In this document: positions 62,870 through 64,000 of the stretch, one piece after another
Numbering within the stretch: position 1 is the first letter of the stretch
Layout: each line of letters begins with the position of its first letter
NCBI RefSeq assembly: GCF_963506605.1
Contig: NC_083292.1
Location: forward strand, 12,958,001-13,022,000
Length of the DNA: 64,000 bases
Reading direction: 5' to 3'
DNA from: Zootoca vivipara
Taxonomy: Eukaryota
Program-made: the position numbers and the translations under genes
Notes under the pieces: model-generated
The model's database searches: none
Told to the model about the DNA's origin: nothing
Seen by the model: only the letters and a program-made list of their open reading frames with translations

Positions 62870-63000
62870 GGGATTTGTGTTGTACTCCCAACTCCCACCA
62901 TCTGGATTTATGTAGGACTCCAACTCCCATTATCCAGATTTGTGTTGGACTCCCAGCTCCCACGATGCGGATTTGTGTTGGACTCTAACTCCTATCCCCC
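62870..63000. repeat. Four ~32-bp tandem units (ggatttgtgttggactcccaactccca...)
   Basis: Degenerate minisatellite derived from a MITE-arm motif. Confidence 0.75.
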
Positions 63001-63366
63001 CTGACTGTTTCCCCTGCTGGCTGGGACCGATGGGTGTTGGCAGCTCCGGCAACAATGGCAATATCCAAATGCACCATTTCAGGAACAACTGCTAGGGTGG
63101 GGCGGTTGGAGGCTTGTGTGTCATTTAATTGATTTTGCATCTGGTCCTGAAGTCACTTCAAAGCAATCCATTCCAATCTGTTGCAGCCAGACAGGATGAC
63201 CCCTCTGGAATTTGTCACACAAACACACGTGAGAAAATTTGCCAATCTGTCTGTGCTTGGCTACCCGGAGCTGAACTACATGACCTTCCTTTCTTCCCAA
63301 TGGTCAGGGATCCCTTTACCTTTACCTACATATAGGCTGCCTACATTCCGCATGTGCGAATGGGTT

Positions 63367-63517
63367 CAGATACCTATTAGGTCCATAAATTCCCATAAAG
63401 CATATACTCAACACAAAAAACAGCGACAATTTGTTGTTGACAAAGGGCAGCTGGACATATAACGGGCCCCATTACCTTCAGTAGCTTAGGGCCTCTCCAA
63501 ACCTAAATCCGGCCCTG
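63367..63517. mobile_element. Right-hand fragment of the same hAT family as 56793-57171
   Basis: ~55-bp match to 57111-57164; right TIR taaatccggccctg. Confidence 0.7.
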
Positions 63518-63599
63518 CTTCCACCCCATGGTAAATTGATAATACTATCTCTGGACCTTTCACACAGTCTTCCAGACACGCGGAGAGGACCCACGACTT

Positions 63600-63602
<3 letters not shown>

Positions 63603-63630
<28 letters not shown>
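63603..63630. repeat. (AG)n microsatellite
   Basis: Directly visible. Confidence 0.9.
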
Positions 63631-63636
<6 letters not shown>

Positions 63637-63769
63637 TTCCAATAAGGGACAACCCTGTATCATACAGCACAGGAGGGACATCTAGCTGCACCCCAGCAAC
63701 CCACCCTCTCAGAAAAGGGGAGCCCAGGGAGCTGGCTGCAGCTGAGGGGCTTCCCCCCCCCAAAGGCTG

Positions 63770-64000
63770 CTTTCCCCTTTCTTCCCCTTCCCCACGAGCG
63801 AGCCCAGCCGCCCTTTCCCTCCCCGGCCCCCAGCCTCCTCCCTGGGCGTCGCCTCTTGTTTCCCGCCGGGCCGCTTAGGTCGTCGCCCTCCGCTGACTTC
63901 CGGCGTTGCCGGGGAGCCGCCGGGAGCGGGGGATGCTGCCGGGCGGAGGCAGAAGGGGCGGCTGGCGGGACGGGCGGCCGGGATGGAGCTCCCGTGAGGA
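63770..64000 (+). promoter_or_regulatory. Start of a CpG island, probable promoter/5' UTR of the next gene (HIRA by synteny)
   Basis: Very GC/CpG-rich; GACTTCCGG at ~63895; no HIRA coding sequence in the window, so identity is inferred from gene order only. Confidence 0.55.

Noticed and set aside
62870-63000. Short regularly spaced repeats resembling a CRISPR array
   Set aside because: Eukaryotic context, no unique spacers, no cas genes; degenerate MITE-derived minisatellite.

Overview
Vertebrate genomic DNA. The repeat content (Sauria SINE, BovB/RTE, CR1, L2, many hAT and Tc1/mariner MITEs) points to a squamate, probably a lacertid lizard; this is inference. The window is the orthologue of the human 22q11.21 block. 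It holds four complete genes: CDC45 (minus, 18 coding exons, 565 aa) head-to-head with UFD1 (plus, 12 coding exons, 307 aa), then C22orf39 (plus, 3 exons, 105 aa) tail-to-tail with MRPL40 (minus, 4 exons, 206 aa). A CpG island at the right edge is where HIRA would be expected by synteny, but no HIRA coding sequence is present. All four gene models were spliced by hand and give uninterrupted frames. CDC45 and UFD1 each contain a U12-type (GTATCCTT) intron. The most striking unexplained structure is in C22orf39 intron 2: two divergent, nested ~2 kb poly(A) retroelements with 17-19 bp TSDs and no reverse transcriptase. Both carry a homologous small acidic ORF (MSTK...GVG*), a conserved putative 5' UTR intron and a conserved 5-codon uORF, and are a candidate undescribed protein-coding non-autonomous L1-dependent family. 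Other notable items are BovB copies with a fixed inverted 5' module, a sense-oriented solo LTR beside CDC45 exon 3, and TE insertions inside splice signals of UFD1 and MRPL40.
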